Source: Pristiophorus japonicus (taxonomy: Eukaryota). Taken from it: 64,000 bases of DNA. A program made the position numbers and the translations under genes. Positions 13,586 through 27,599 of the stretch are shown here, one piece after another. The notes under the pieces are model-generated. The model was not told the origin of the DNA, ran no database searches, and saw nothing but the letters and a program-made list of their open reading frames with translations. The stretch lies in NCBI RefSeq assembly GCF_044704955.1, contig NC_091999.1, positions 26,288,001-26,352,000 of the forward strand. The letters run 5' to 3'. Each line of letters begins with the position of its first letter. The first letter of the stretch is position 1.

Positions 13586-14539
13586 GAACAAAAGAAAATA
13601 ACAATTCGGAGCAAGAGTAGGCCATTCGGCCCCTCAAGCCTGCTCCACATTTTAATAAGAGCATGGCTGGTCTCTGACCTCAACTCCACGTTAACTGAAG
13701 TATCACATGCCTGACACTAATCTACTAAATCTCCTCTTAACCTTTTCTACTCGAAGAACAAACCATCTTCTCCGGTTTCTCCACATTAACTGAAATCCCT
13801 CATCTAGGTACCAATCAACTAAATCTTATTTTAACCTTCTCTGCTCCATGGGGAGCAACCCCAGCTTCCCAAGTCTCTCCACATAATTGTAACCCCCATA
13901 CCTGATGCGTTTCCAGTAAATTTATTCTGCACCCTCTGGAAAGACTTCACGTCCTTCCTACAGTGTGGTGCCCAGAATTGGACAAAATACTCCAGCTGGG
14001 GCAGAACTAGTGTTTCTCATCATTCATCCTTGGTACTAATCTGGTAAATCTCCTCTCAGCCTTCTCTGCTGTAAGGAGAACAGCCCCAACTTCTCCAACT
14101 CTGTCCGCGCAGCGAGAGCTTAGGTCCTACCGTCCCGTACACACACTGACAGCGAGCTCCAGGCGGGCACTGGCCTGTCCACAACAGCGAGAAAGGGAAG
14201 GAAAAAACAGCAGCTGAAAGTCGACGATGACTTAAAACAATTTTTAAAATTGTTACGCTTACTTTTTTTTATAAAAAGGAAAAATATCCTGACTGTGCCA
14301 ACTAGAATTTCTACCCTGTGACAGTTCACCAACCAACTCCCTCTCCGGAAAGGTCAACATTTTAATTCTTGTCAGCTTTTTTAGGTGGGCGTGGGGAGGT
14401 TAAATATATATATAATTGCCATTGCTCTCTCTCTCACTTGTTAATATATATGAAAGCCCGTTGAAGGAATTGGCTGCAGAAAATTCCAGCTGAGGAATCC
14501 TCATCAATGGAATCAGAAATACTGCAAAGGGGAAAAAAG

Positions 14540-14860
14540 ACAGGTTTGGGCTGGCAGAGGGAGGGAGGGAGTTAGGAAGGGAACAAGGGATGGATGGAGA
14601 GGTGGAGGGGTGGCGGGATGGACGGAGGTAGGAATGGGTGCACGAGGGAGCGATGGAGGGAGGGAGGAGTGGAGCAAGGGAGATGTAGTGTATTGGACGG
14701 GTGGAGTCCGGCTGGAGGGAGGGAGAGGTGGGTCCAGGGAGGGAGCGATTGATGGAGGCAGGTATGGCGGGCGGGAGGGATAGAGAGAGGGAGGGATGAA
14801 GGGATGGAGGGAAGGAGAGATGGGTGGAGGATGGGAGGGATGGTCGGAGGGAATGATGGT
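14540..14860 (+). repeat. Purine-rich GGGA/GGAT low-complexity tract
   Basis: Dense GGAG/GGGA/GGAT runs; gives Pro/Ser-rich spurious ORFs on the minus strand. Confidence 0.8.
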
Positions 14861-15227
14861 GTATCTTCCAATTTACCCGATCAAAACTTTCCATGATTTT
14901 GAACACCTCTATTAAGTGGCCCAGAACTTGCTCGGCTCTAAGGAGAACAGTTCCAGCTTCCAGCTGCTCCGATGCTGCAGCTCACACAATGTAAATCTCA
15001 AGTTCCATGAGTCCTTCTGCCTCGAGCACTTCCAGATGCTCGCTGCGGAATCACTGACACTTGTTTACGGACCCAGTGTAAATCCCAGTGTGGTAATGAC
15101 ATCTCAGGCAAGATAAGAGAACTCGCGCCTGATGATAAACAGAGTGGTGTAAGACTGGGCTCAGACCTTGAACCTCAGCCATGATGAGCTGAATGGCAGC
15201 ATTTTAAAATACAAGCTGTGATATGTT

Positions 15228-15685
15228 CAAGCCTCGGCTCAGCGGGATCACTCTCGCCTCTGACTCAGAAGGACACAGATACTAAACCCCGCTCGAGACA
15301 TCTGAGCCCATAATCTAAACCGACACGCCTGATGTCAGTACTGTGGGAGTGCTGAATGATCAGAGGTGCTGTCTTTCGGGGCAGATATTAAACTGAGGCC
15401 CCGTCTTCCCATTCAGGTGGATTTAAAGGACTCATGGCACTATCTTAAAGAGCAGAGGAGTTCACCAGGGTTTCCAGCAGAAAAATGTATCCCTCAACCA
15501 ACATCTGAAAAATTGATTATCTCATCATTATACCATTGCTGTTAATGGGATCTTGCTGTGCACAAATTAGCTGCCACGTTTCCTACATTACAACGGTGAC
15601 CACACTTCCGAAATAATTCATTGGCTGTAAAGCACTTTGGGACAACTTGAGGTCATTAAAGGTGCTATATAAATGTAAGGTGTTT
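15228..15685 (+). mobile_element. tRNA-headed Deu-domain SINE (SacSINE1-like)
   Basis: Head ggctcagcgggatcactctcgcctctgactcagaagg, core gggatcttgctgtgcacaaattagctgcc, tail aaggtgctatataaatg; recognised from memory of the family. Confidence 0.75.
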
Positions 15686-16096
15686 CTAAATGTCAACATG
15701 GGAAAACACATGTTGTGATATGTGAAAAGCTCAGATATTACTGTGATTGTCCGACACTCCTCTGCTCACTGCTTTAACGTATTAAGTTTCAATGGATTAA
15801 GTATTCCACTGAATGGAGATCCAGTGGAATAGCAGCCTGTTCAGAGATGTTCCACTGAGTTTGGCAGCAGAACTTTCAGAACTGAATTATTCATTTTTAA
15901 ATTTATTTCCTTTCATATAAATCACATCTGTTCTAATTGAACAAAACGAAAGCCAACGTCATTGTTCGAGATATGTATAATTTTGTCTACCAACTGTCAA
16001 GATTCTTAAAATAAGCCCTTGTTGTGAGTTGAAAAGAATCAATAAGTGAGTCTGTTGATCTTATTTTGCTGCCATGAACATTTCATTGGAACCAGT

Positions 16097-19000
16097 GAGG
16101 CGTTTATGTAAATAAACACAGAAATAGCAGTCTCAGATTAGAGTATTGAGCGACAGAAAGACAATAAATGTTTCCCCACCAACACAGCACAGAAATAAAG
16201 ATAGGGAGAAATGCAAATCTCTCAACAGATTCCAGCAACAACTGTTTTTTGATACATTTCTCTAAATTATAGGTGAATAAAGTAAAGATGATCCCCACGG
16301 ACAGAAAGGGAAAAGATTCTAATCACCGTATATAGTGACATCACAAATGTGTCAGTGGAGACTTCCTGTATCCTCTCCCTCTCCTATTTCCACTTTCCGT
16401 CTTGTCTCTCAAGAATGGATAATTGGCTTTCCCCCAGAACTAGATGTCAACATCCAACAAACGTTTTCCTTGAGCCCTAATCATATGCCTCGAACCAAAT
16501 TGATCAGAAGCGCAGAAGGAGCTTTCATCCAAAATGTGACATGTGCATTTAATTATCTGGCAGTTTTTGATGGGACAATGTGGAGGGATCTTTAAACACT
16601 ATCTAACCCGTGCTTTACCAGCTCTGGGCGTTTTTGATGGGACTGTGTAGAGACAGCTTTACTCTGTATCTGATACATGCTGTACCTGCCCTGTAAGTTA
16701 CATAGTTTAGTGCAGTAATAACTGAGACAGGGTCTAGTTTAATAGAAACAGAGGCATGGTCTAGTTTATTATTATGAAAGAATTGGGCTCGTGTAATATA
16801 AAGAGTGTATTTGTCTAGTTTACTATAAGCAGAGACAGGGTCTTCAGTAATAGGAACAAAGGCATGGCATACTCCAGTAATATCTGAAACAGGGCCTAAT
16901 ACAATATTATTGTATCTAGTGCAATAATAACTGAAGTAGTGGCTCGTGCTGTAAGTAATGATACTGGGACATTGTTTATTGGTCGCTGGCATGTGGGTGT
17001 AGGTGTCGCTGGCAAGGCCAACATTGATTGTCTAGCCCTAATTGGCCTTGAAAAGCATGTGGTGAACTGCCACCTTGAACCGCTGCAGCCCGTGTGGTGA
17101 AGGTACTCCCACAGTGTTAGGGAGGGTGTTCCACGAACTTGACCCAGCGATTAGGAAAGATAGGTAATCACTTTCCAAGTTAAGATGGTGTGTGATTTGG
17201 AGGGTTATGTGGAGGTGATGGTGCTCCCATGAGCCCGGAGCCCTTGTCCTTCTAGCTAGAAAAGGTCATAGGTTTAGAAAGTGCTGTCGAAGAAGTCTTG
17301 GCGAGTTGCTGCAATGCATCTTGTAGATAGTGCTCACTGCAGACATAGTGCGCCAGTGGTGGAGGTAGTAAATATTTAACGTGGTGAATGGAGTAATGTA
17401 AACAGGAATATGGTCTCGTGTAATAAAAACTGAGACTGTATTATAGAATCATAGAATGGTTACAGCACAGAAGATGGCCATTTGGCCCATATAGCCCGTG
17501 CCGCTCTCTGCAAGAGTATTTCAGCTAGTCCACTCGCCCGCCCTTTCCCATAGCCCTGTGAATTTTCTTAATTGAGGTACTTATCGAATTCCCTTTGTAA
17601 TGCCATGAATGACTCACCCTCTGCCACCCTTTCAGGCAGTGCATTACAGATCCTAACCTCTAGCTGTGTAAAAACGTTTTCCTCATGGGAACAGTTTCTC
17701 TCCAGCTACTCTGTCTCGACCCCTTATGATTCTGAACACCTCTCTCAAATCTGATCACAACCTTCTCTGCTCTAGGGCAAACAATCCCAGCTTCTCCAGT
17801 CTATCCACACAACGGAAGTGTCTTATCCCTGGAACAACACGTCAATCTTTTCTGCCCCCTCTGGAAGAGCTTCACATCCTTGCTAAAGTGTGGTGTCCAG
17901 AATTGGACACAATACTCCAGTTGAGGCCTAACCAATGTTTTATACACGTTCATCATAATTTCCTTCCTTTTGTATTCTATGCCTCTATTTATGAAGCCCA
18001 GGATTCCGTATGCTTTTAAAACAATTTTTCAACCTTTCCTGCCATCCTCGATAATTTGTGCAAACATACCCCCAGGTTTCTCTGTTCATCACACGTTTTA
18101 GAATTGTACTCTTTCGTTTATGTTCCCTCTCCGCGTTCATGCTACAAAAATGTATCACATGAAAATTTTCTCCGTTTCATTTGCCACGTGTCCACCCATT
18201 CCACCAGAATATCTATGTCCTCTTGCAGTCAGCACTATCCTCCTCACTGTTCACTATGCTTCCAAGCCATGAATGATATGAACATTTTAAATTGTGCCCC
18301 GTACACCAACATCTACGCCATGAATATAAATCAATATAAGCAGAGTTCCAATTACCTACCGCTGCGGAATACCACTGTATACCTTCCTACAGTCCAAATA
18401 AAAACACTACTTTTTGATTCCTGTCACTCAGCCAATTTCATATCCATGCTGCCACTGTTCTTTTTATTTTATGGGCTTCAACTTTGCCGGCAAGGATATT
18501 ATCAAGACACTTTATCTAACGCCTTTTGGAAGTGGACCACATCAACTATATAAACTGAGACTGGGTATTGGTGCAGTAAAAACTGCGACGGGGTCTGGTG
18601 TAACGAGAGAAACAACACATCAGACAATTATAGATTTATTAACCTCATGCCAGGTACAGGTGCATTTTCATTTTTACCAACACTTACACTAATCATCCAC
18701 AGTAGAGGTAAATCTCAGGAACTTCTGTGTGACGGTGAGGTTATCACTAGACAATAAAGCGGGGGGCTGCTGATTATACTCGGTGGGATTTAATCCCCTT
18801 TCCCACTGAATACAACGACAGACATGGTCACCTTGGTAACGGAATGGTCAGTGTGACATCACTTTCTAAACAAGAGCATACAGGACAATGGGTTATCAAT
18901 AAATTTTAAAGTTATTAAACGACATGCAATTGCATTTTGAATACAATAAAATGCTGAAAAATAATGGTTGAAGCTAATCATTTATCTTTGTGTAATGCAC

Positions 19001-19540
19001 ACATAATGAATGATGTGTTTTGTACACACACACATACACATACACATACACATATAGGAAAAACTTTGTGTGTGCTCTTTTCAGTTGTTCATCTTAACGA
19101 GATGAGAGAATTCGTTCAGGTGGATATTAGGACCACGCGGCCGCCCATCCGGCAGTGCTGTTAGGTCAAGTTTCCAGGCTCTGTCTGACATAATCAGTGC
19201 GTCACGTGACAGCGAACTAGCAAATACTGCAGGAAAAACAATCCTTAATATTAAAGAACTTGGAGTAATTGGCACAGGACAACACACGTGTAAATTAGTA
19301 ACCTTTAAGACAAAGAGTGCCACTAAGTAGTACAAAGTGCAGTGCACTATTGCACACCTTCACTCCTGTCCCTCAATCCCAGTCCACCTCTTGGACATTG
19401 TTACAAAATTCACCACATCTTATCAACACAAATATTAACGAAACAATACCAAATCAAGCAGAAATTGCAGACAGCTCTTGATAGCTGTTAACAAAACTAA
19501 ACATATACTTCAAACCAAAAAATGTATTGCATCCTCACAG
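16097..19540 (+). repeat. Segmental duplication, copy B
   Basis: See copy A; includes CR1 fragments at ~17445-18540. Confidence 0.9.
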
Positions 19541-20900
19541 AGTCGAGTGTAATATTACATAGACAGGGTCTAGTGCAGTATAAAGAGAGCCAAGGTATAA
19601 CGTAATATAAGCAGGGACAGAGCCTAGTTTAATGTAAACAGCAGCAGGGTCTAGTGTAATATAAACAAGGACAGGGCCGTGTGTAATATAAACAGAGACA
19701 GGGTCGAGTGCAATATAAACAGGGCCAGGGTCTAGTGTAATTTAAACAAAGACAGGGTCTAGTGTAATATGAAAATAGACAAGGTCTAGTATAACATAAA
19801 GAGAGACAGGCCTAACATAACGTAAACAGGGACAGAGCCTAGTGTAAAATAAACTGAGACAGGGTCCATTGTATTATAAACCGAGACAGGATCGAGTGTA
19901 ATGTAAACCGAGACACGGTCTACTGTAATATAAACAGCAACAGGGCCTAGTGTAATATAAACAGAGACAGGGTCTAGTGGAATATAAACAGAGGCAGTGT
20001 CTAGTGCAATATAAACAGATACATTGCCTAGTGTAATATAAACAGGGACATGGCCTAGTGTAATATAAAAAGTGACAGGATCTAGTGAAATATAAACAGA
20101 GAGAGGGTTTAGTGTAATATAAATGGAGACGTGGTCTAGTGTAATATAAACAGAGACAGGACCAATCTACCAATCTACTTCATCCACCCAGCTCGTTACA
20201 TCCTTACTTAAAGAAATCCATCAAATTTGTCAAACATGATTTCCCTTTCATAAAACCATGCAGACTCTGCCTGATTGAATTATGCTTTTGTAATTGTCCC
20301 GTTACTGATCCTTAGACTCCAGCATTTTCCCAACGACAGATTTTAGACAAACTCGTCTATAGTTTACTGCTTTTTGTCTACGTCCTTTTTTAGATGGGGA
20401 CAGGATCTAGTGCAATATAAACAGTGTCAGCGTCTGGTATGATATAAACAGTGACAACGTCCAGTGTAATTTAAACAGCAAGAGGGTCGAGTGCAATATA
20501 AACAGAGACAGGGTCTGTGTAATATAAATATAGGCAGGGCCTAGTGTAATATAAATAAAGACAAGTCTAGTCTAATATATAAACAGAGACAGGGTCTAGT
20601 GTAATATAAACAGAGACATGGGCGAGAGTAATATATAAAAAAAGGCAGGATCTAGTGCAGGAATAACTAAGACAGGGCCCTACTTTATATAGACAGAGAT
20701 ACAGTTGAATGTAATGTAAAGAGAAACATGGTTTAGCAGAATGATAACTGAGTCAGGGCCTAGAGGCCATTAAACAAAGACAGGGTATAATTTAATATAA
20801 GCAGAGACAGATTCGAGTGTAATATGAACAGGAACATGGTCGAGTGTACTGTAAACAGAGACAGGGCCTAGTGTAACATAAACAGAGACAGGGTGTAGTG
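19540..20900 (+). repeat. 27-bp minisatellite array interrupted by a CR1 fragment (~20170-20395, minus)
   Basis: Tandem units; the insert encodes the NYRRVCL...QSLHGFMKGKSCLTNL-like RT segment. Confidence 0.9.
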
Positions 20901-20929
20901 TACATAAGAACATAAGAATTAAGAACAGG

Positions 20930-21270
20930 GCACGGTGTAGAGGGGGCTTTATTCTGTAGTAAACCCGTGCTATATCTGCCCTGGGAGTGTTTGCTGGGAC
21001 AGTGTGGAGGGAGCTTTACTCTGTATAGACCAGTGCTGTACTTGCCCTGGGAGAGTTTGATGGGACGGTGTAGAGCAAGCTTTACTCTCTATCTAAACCG
21101 TGCTGTACCTGCCTTGGGAGTGTTTGATGTGACGGTGTTGAGGGACGTTTACTGTTTCTCGAATCGTGCTGGACCTGAGCTGGGACTGTTTGATGGGACA
21201 GCATCAAGGGAGCATTTCTCTGCATAGATCCGCGCTGTACCTGCCCTGGGAATGTTTGATGGCACAGTGT
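20930..21270 (+). repeat. ~65-bp minisatellite
   Basis: About 5 tandem units. Confidence 0.85.
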
Positions 21271-21499
21271 GACATCACTATCCCAGAAAAATTGTATTAT
21301 CAGTGCAACTTCCTGTATATTGCATTTCGTTTTTACCTGTTTGACATCATCACGTCAGCAACACGTAAACAATGGGCGACGTCATTGTTCACAACAATGC
21401 AGCGTCTTCAACGTGACTTTGTCGCCATAGCTAAATCAGTGCGACCTCTGACCCTCAGCCACACGGATTCGTCGATTTGACCTATATAGACACATCTAT

Positions 21500-22350
21500 A
21501 CCCCAGGGTCCAGTGCAGTAATAACCGAGACAGGTCCAATTGTAACATAGACAGAGTGAGGATATAGTGACAAGGTCTAGTGTAAAATAAACAGACACAG
21601 CGTCTTGTGTAATATAAATAGAGGCAGTGTCTAGCGTAACATAAACAGAGACAGGGATTAGTCTAATATAAACAGAGACCGTGTCTAGTGTAATATAGAA
21701 AATACAGGGTCTCGTGTAATATAAGCAGAGACAGGGTCTAATGTAATATAAAAAAAACAGGGTCTAGTTTAATAGTAAATAGAGACAGGGTCGGGTGCAA
21801 TATAAATAGAGACAGGGTCCAGTGTAATATAAATAGAGACAAGGTCTAGTGTAATATAAACAGAGAAAGGACCAATCTACCAATCTATTATAAAGAGACA
21901 GGAGATAGTATAATATAAAGAGTGACAATGTCTAACATAATATAATAAAGGAGATCGTGCTCTAATAATAACTAATACATGATCTATTGTATTAGAAACA
22001 TTTACATATTATAGTGCAATATAAACTGAGACAGTGTCTAATGTAAAATAAGGAGAGACAGGGACTAGTGAAATATTGACAGAAACAGGGTGTACGGTAA
22101 TATAAACAGAGACAGTGTCGAGTTCAGTAGTAACTGAGACAGGTTCTAATGTATTATAACGGAGGGTCTAGAAATGTGATAACTGATACAGAGCCTAGCA
22201 TAATATAAACAGAGACCATGTCTAGTGCAGTGTAACTGAGACAGGATCTACAGTAATAAAATAGATCTTGAGACAAGTGCGGTAATAGCTGAGACAGGGC
22301 ATTGGGCAATCTGAATAGAGAGATGGTCGAGTGCAGTTATAATTAAATAG
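21500..22350 (+). repeat. 27-bp minisatellite array (forward)
   Basis: Tandem units, more degenerate toward the 3' end. Confidence 0.9.
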
Positions 22351-22424
22351 GGTCTAGAGTAATTTAAACATATAGAATGTCAAGAGTAATTTGATAGCAA
22401 CATTCCAGCCATGCAAATCTTCAT

Positions 22425-22535
22425 GTCTGTCTGACTGTCTATCTGTCTGTCTGTCTGTCTGTCGTTCGGTTGGTCGGTCCATCCGTCTGTCCGTCCGTCC
22501 GTCGATTCTTACTTCTATCCATCTATCTGTACTTC
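22425..22535 (+). repeat. (TCTG)n/(TCCG)n/(TCTA)n compound microsatellite
   Basis: Directly visible. Confidence 0.85.
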
Positions 22536-22539
22536 TATC

Positions 22540-23480
22540 CAATATTACACTGGACCCCGTCTCTTTTTATATTACACGAGACTCTGTCCCTCTTTATATT
22601 ACACTTATTACCCGAGACCCTGTCTCTGTTTATATTACACAAGACCCTGTCTCTGTTTATATTACACTAGACTCTGTCTCTGTTTATATTACACTAGACC
22701 CTGTCCCTGTTTATATTACACTAGACCCTGTCCCAGTTTATATTACACTAGACCCTGTCTCTGTTTATATTACTCTAGAGCCAGTCTCCGTTTATATTAC
22801 CCGAGTCCCTGTCTCTCTTTATATTACACAAGACCCTGTCTCTGTTTATATTGTACTAGACCCAGTCTCTTTTTATATTACACTAGACCCTGTCCCTGTT
22901 TATATTACACTAGACCCTGTCTCTCTTTATATTACACGAAACCGTGACTCTGTTTATATTGCACGAGACCCTGTCTCTGTTTACATTACACTGCACCGTG
23001 TCTCTGTTTATATTAAATTATAACCTATCTCTGTTTATATTACACTAGACCCTGTCTCTGTTTACATTACTCGACCCTGTCTCTGTGTATATTAAACTAG
23101 ACCCTGTCTCTGTTTATATTACATTAGATCCTGTCTTTGTTTATATTAAACTAGACCCTGTCTCTTATTATATTACAGTAGACCCTGTCTCTGTTTATAT
23201 TCTTCCAGACACTATCCCTGTTTATATTACACTAGACCCTGTCTCTGTTTATATTAAACTGGACCCTGTCTCTGTTTATATTACACGAGACCCTGTCTCT
23301 CTTTATATTCTTCCAGACACTATCCCTGTTTATATTACACTCGACCCTGTCTCTGTTTACATTACAGTAGATTCTGTCTCAGTTTATATTACACGAGACC
23401 ATGTCTCTTTTTATATTACGCCAGGCACTGTCTCTGTTTATATTATCCTCGACACTGTCTCTCATTTTATTACACCAGAT
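22540..23480 (-). repeat. 27-bp minisatellite array (inverted orientation)
   Basis: (ccctgtctctgtttatattacactaga)n, about 35 units. Confidence 0.95.
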
Positions 23481-24269
23481 CATCTTTCCTTTTCAAATAT
23501 ATATTGATTTCCCTATTTGAAAGTTATGATTGAATCTGCTGCCATAACCCTTTCAAGCACGACATTCCAGTTATTACAACTCGCTGCATAAAACATCTCC
23601 TTATCTCCCGTCTTTTATTTATTTTATCAACCATCTCAATATTTGTCCTCTGGTTACCGATAGACCTGCCGATGGAAACCCTACCTTAATATCAACTCTA
23701 TGAAACCCCTTCACAATTTTAATTCCCCCCGAAGCATTCCCTGCTATAATAAGAATAATCCCATCCTCTCTCGTCTCCACATAACTGAACTCCCTCTGCC
23801 TTGTAGCAATCTCCTCTGCATCTTCGGCAAGAGCCCGACAATCTTCCGAAAATGTGGATTGAAATAAATGCAATCTTTATTTGCCCTTCAGATTATTTCT
23901 AAGGATACATGCTCCCTTCAAATTTGACTGAATGAGAAGCATTAATTATATTGTTTTACTTGTTTTGACAATGCAGACGGTGACTGAAATGCTCAGCAAC
24001 ATCCGTCTCCACATGACTGATGTATCAATATGATCACTGTCGCCACCTGCTGATAAACGATATTTACTGCAAGCCCCAGAGCTTATTTAAACATGATTCA
24101 TAATTCCAACCACAACAACTTGCTTGAACCTTTACCCAGAGGATTTTTTTTAGAGCAGATGATCAGGAAGTATCAAGGGCGGAATATCAAAATTATTGTT
24201 GCAAATTCACCTTCAGCCCATCACACAGAGCCGTCAGATTAGATAAACTTCCATAATGAAATAAAAACC

Positions 24270-25689
24270 TCACAGGAGAAATGGTGCAACCATGGCTAAC
24301 AAGGGAAGTTAAAGATAGTAGTTGATTAAATGAACAGGTTTAGAATGTTGACAAAAAGAGTAGTAAGCCCGACAATTGGGAAGATTTTAGAATTCTGCAA
24401 AAGATGCACATGCAACTGAGAATATGGGAGAAAATATAAAATTAAATAAGCTATCAAAAACCGAAAAAAAGATTGTTAGAGCTTCTACACGTGTATAGAA
24501 AATGACTTAAATTATCGTACTGTACAATACAAAGATAGGTGGTACAGTAAACAGTGAGGAAGAAGTAAGGAGGCTGCAAAGGGATATTGACAGGTTAAGT
24601 GAGTGGGCAAGAACATGGCAGCTTGAGTGTAATGTGGAGAAGTGTGAAGTTACGCACCTTTGTAGGACAAATAGAAACGCAGAATATTTTTTGAATGCTG
24701 AGAAACTGGGTAATGTTGTTATTCAGAAAGACTTGGATGGCCTTGTATACGAATCACAGAAAGCTAAAATCGAGCCAAAGTGAGCAATTCGGAACGCAAC
24801 TGGTAAGCAACATTTTATTGCAAAGGGATTGGAGTATTCGAGCAAAGAAGCCTTCATGCACATATATAGGGCCCTGCTGACACTACACCTGGTATATTGT
24901 GTACAGTTGTGTACTCCTTACCGAAGGAAGGATACACTTGCTTTGGAGAGAGTGCATCTAAGGTTCATCAGACTGACCTGATTCCTGGGACGGCAGCGGG
25001 GGTGGAGGGGGTGCGGGGATGGGGGTGGTGCTGTCCTGTGAGGAGAGATTGAGTATGTAATGTCCATATTTACGAGAAAATCAGAACATAAGAACATTAG
25101 AATTGGGAGCAGGATTAGGCCATACGGTTCCTCGAGCCTGCTCTGTCATTCAACGGGATCATGGCTGATCTTCTACCTCAACTGCACTTTCCTGCACTAT
25201 CCACATATCTGAATGGAAACAAATGCAGGGCTTCGGGGAAAGGGCGGGGAATTGGGTCAATTATACAAAGTACTTCAAGTGTGGTCTAACCAAGTTTAGC
25301 ATAACTTTTGCACTTTTCAATACTATCCCCCTCGAAATAAACCCGAGTTCAGGTATTCTTCTTTTTATGGAATTATTAACCTACGTCGCAACTTTTAGTG
25401 ATGTGTGCATTTGCCCTCTCAGAGACCTTTGTTCCACCATCCCACTTAGATTCTTATTTTAAACGTGATAAGTGACCTCTTTATTTTTCTTACCAAAATG
25501 TAATACCCCATAATTGTCTGTGTTGACATTAATTAGTCAATTCATGTATTCTTGTAATTCGTTGCAGTGTTCCATAGTATTTACACCCCGACCTGCCCGC
25601 CCCACGTGCATTCGGAAATTTAGAAGTTGTGTTTTTGACTCCAAAATCTAAACTGTCAACATAAATTGTGAACAATAGTGGACCCAGCA
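24270..25689. mobile_element. Degraded CR1 LINE fragments, both orientations
   Basis: LQRDIDRLSEWARTWQ / HLVYCVQL-type translations and an agaacataagaacat tail. Confidence 0.7.
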
Positions 25690-25990
25690 NNNNNNNNNNN
25701 NNNNNNNNNNNNNNNNNNNNNNNNNNNNNNNNNNNNNNNNNNNNNNNNNNNNNNNNNNNNNNNNNNNNNNNNNNNNNNNNNNNNNNNNNNNNNNNNNNNN
25801 NNNNNNNNNNNNNNNNNNNNNNNNNNNNNNNNNNNNNNNNNNNNNNNNNNNNNNNNNNNNNNNNNNNNNNNNNNNNNNNNNNNNNNNNNNNNNNNNNNNN
25901 NNNNNNNNNNNNNNNNNNNNNNNNNNNNNNNNNNNNNNNNNNNNNNNNNNNNNNNNNNNNNNNNNNNNNNNNNNNNNNNNNNNNNNNNNN
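25690..25990. other. Assembly gap (N run)
   Basis: 301 N bases. Confidence 1.
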
Positions 25991-26058
25991 TAGCTAGCTA
26001 GCTACGAATCTATCTCTCTATCGATCTATCTATCTATCTATCTATTTATCTATCTATT
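25991..26058 (+). repeat. (TAGC)n/(TCTA)n microsatellite
   Basis: Directly visible, abutting the gap. Confidence 0.85.
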
Positions 26059-27599
26059 ACAGGGTTATGTGCGGTACTGATACTCCAGCTGACTGCTGCT
26101 ATTGACATGGTTTCTGAGACATTGGATATACTTCCTTTCCTGAGATATGGGAACAGTTACACACATTTACACAACGCAAAAAATTAAACTTAACTCCAGT
26201 ACTGTTACTGGGTACATGTGTTTATAAATAGGTCTTTTTACCATGTGAAGGTTTTGAAGTTGGCTTCCAGGCATGCGGTCAGTAGTGAGAAAACTGACCT
26301 TTGATGGACTGGACAGAACCCCACATGCTTCCTGTAAATTACACTGATGTTCGAGGCTCGCTGACGTCAGTCGGTTAGGTTACTGCCAAATATTGTGTGG
26401 GTCAGATTAGCGTGAACAAGAATGGGAGAAAGATGGTATTTAACTATTTGAACATTAAATTATTCAGTCGAACTTTTAAAATAAGAAGCATTTTACTTGG
26501 TATAACATCTCAAGAATGATTTTCCATAAATTCTTAGCTCGCCATATTATAAGATAAGATCGGAAAATAATGAATTGATCCACACGGTATCTAAGGAAAA
26601 CTATTTCCAAATAAAGACCATTCTAGACCATTCAGTCACTTTATTCAGTACAGCATGAAGTGCTGGAGAGAGGTTTAATGGCCTCATCCCACACTGTAAT
26701 AAGATGAGTGAGATTCGCAACGTAACTAAAACAGGTTCAATTGCCTTGAATATTCTCACAGAGAAGTGCCAGCTGCACTTCTTTAATATTCTCACAGAAT
26801 TTTGCGCCTGGTCTAAACTAATGTCTCCATTATTCCAGATTAGTAGCCGCGCAGTGTGCGGTGTAATTTGCGCTGATTTGGATCCCTGAACAAACCCTCT
26901 CATAGCCCGGCTACCATTGGGTGGTGAAATGCCCAGATTGTGATCTGTTTCTGCTGGAGATGAAGCATTTACTCCTGTGATATTCTGTAACATACCGCTA
27001 TGTCCTGATACACCGAGTTCCTGTTACCCGTGTCTGTTACACAGTCGGTCGCTATTAAAGTTAGCTACAAGGATTTGAATGTCGAGGTTTGCTGATCATA
27101 TTATCGGTTCTGATTCACAAGATTCTCTCATAAAACGCAGGTCTGAAGCGGGCGGGACCCATTTTCTTATGTGTCTCCGTCAACTCACTCCTTTATCATC
27201 AGTCAATCGGACTTATTTTACAGCTAATTTTACAAACGGCTGTCTTAGGGTCACAGACTCAGGGGCAGTTAGTGAAATGCAATGAGAGACAATTGCATAA
27301 TGTGAGGAGTATGATCTCATCTCCAGACCAAAAGTGTGTAGCTTTAGCCACGTACACCGTAAAAAGAATCACATTACCCATCTCCCGCATTTGGTTACAT
27401 AGAGTGATAACAATTCAGATTATAAGCGATACTTTATTGGTACAGATGCATGGATAGATAGTGGGAGATGGAGAAACACAAAATGGCAGTGTCTTTAGAC
27501 CCTGATAATGTAATTCAATCTCAGAGATTCACACCCCCTTGAAACAGTGAGAAAATAAAGGGATTTAACTTACAGTCCAGATGTGAGTCCGTTCTGTTC

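Noticed and set aside
19540-23480. Regular 27-bp repeats (also 38-, 39-, 41-, 54-bp) as CRISPR-like arrays
   Set aside because: No unique spacers, head-to-tail units, vertebrate context, no cas genes
25668-26001. ORFs of X residues
   Set aside because: Artefact of the N gap
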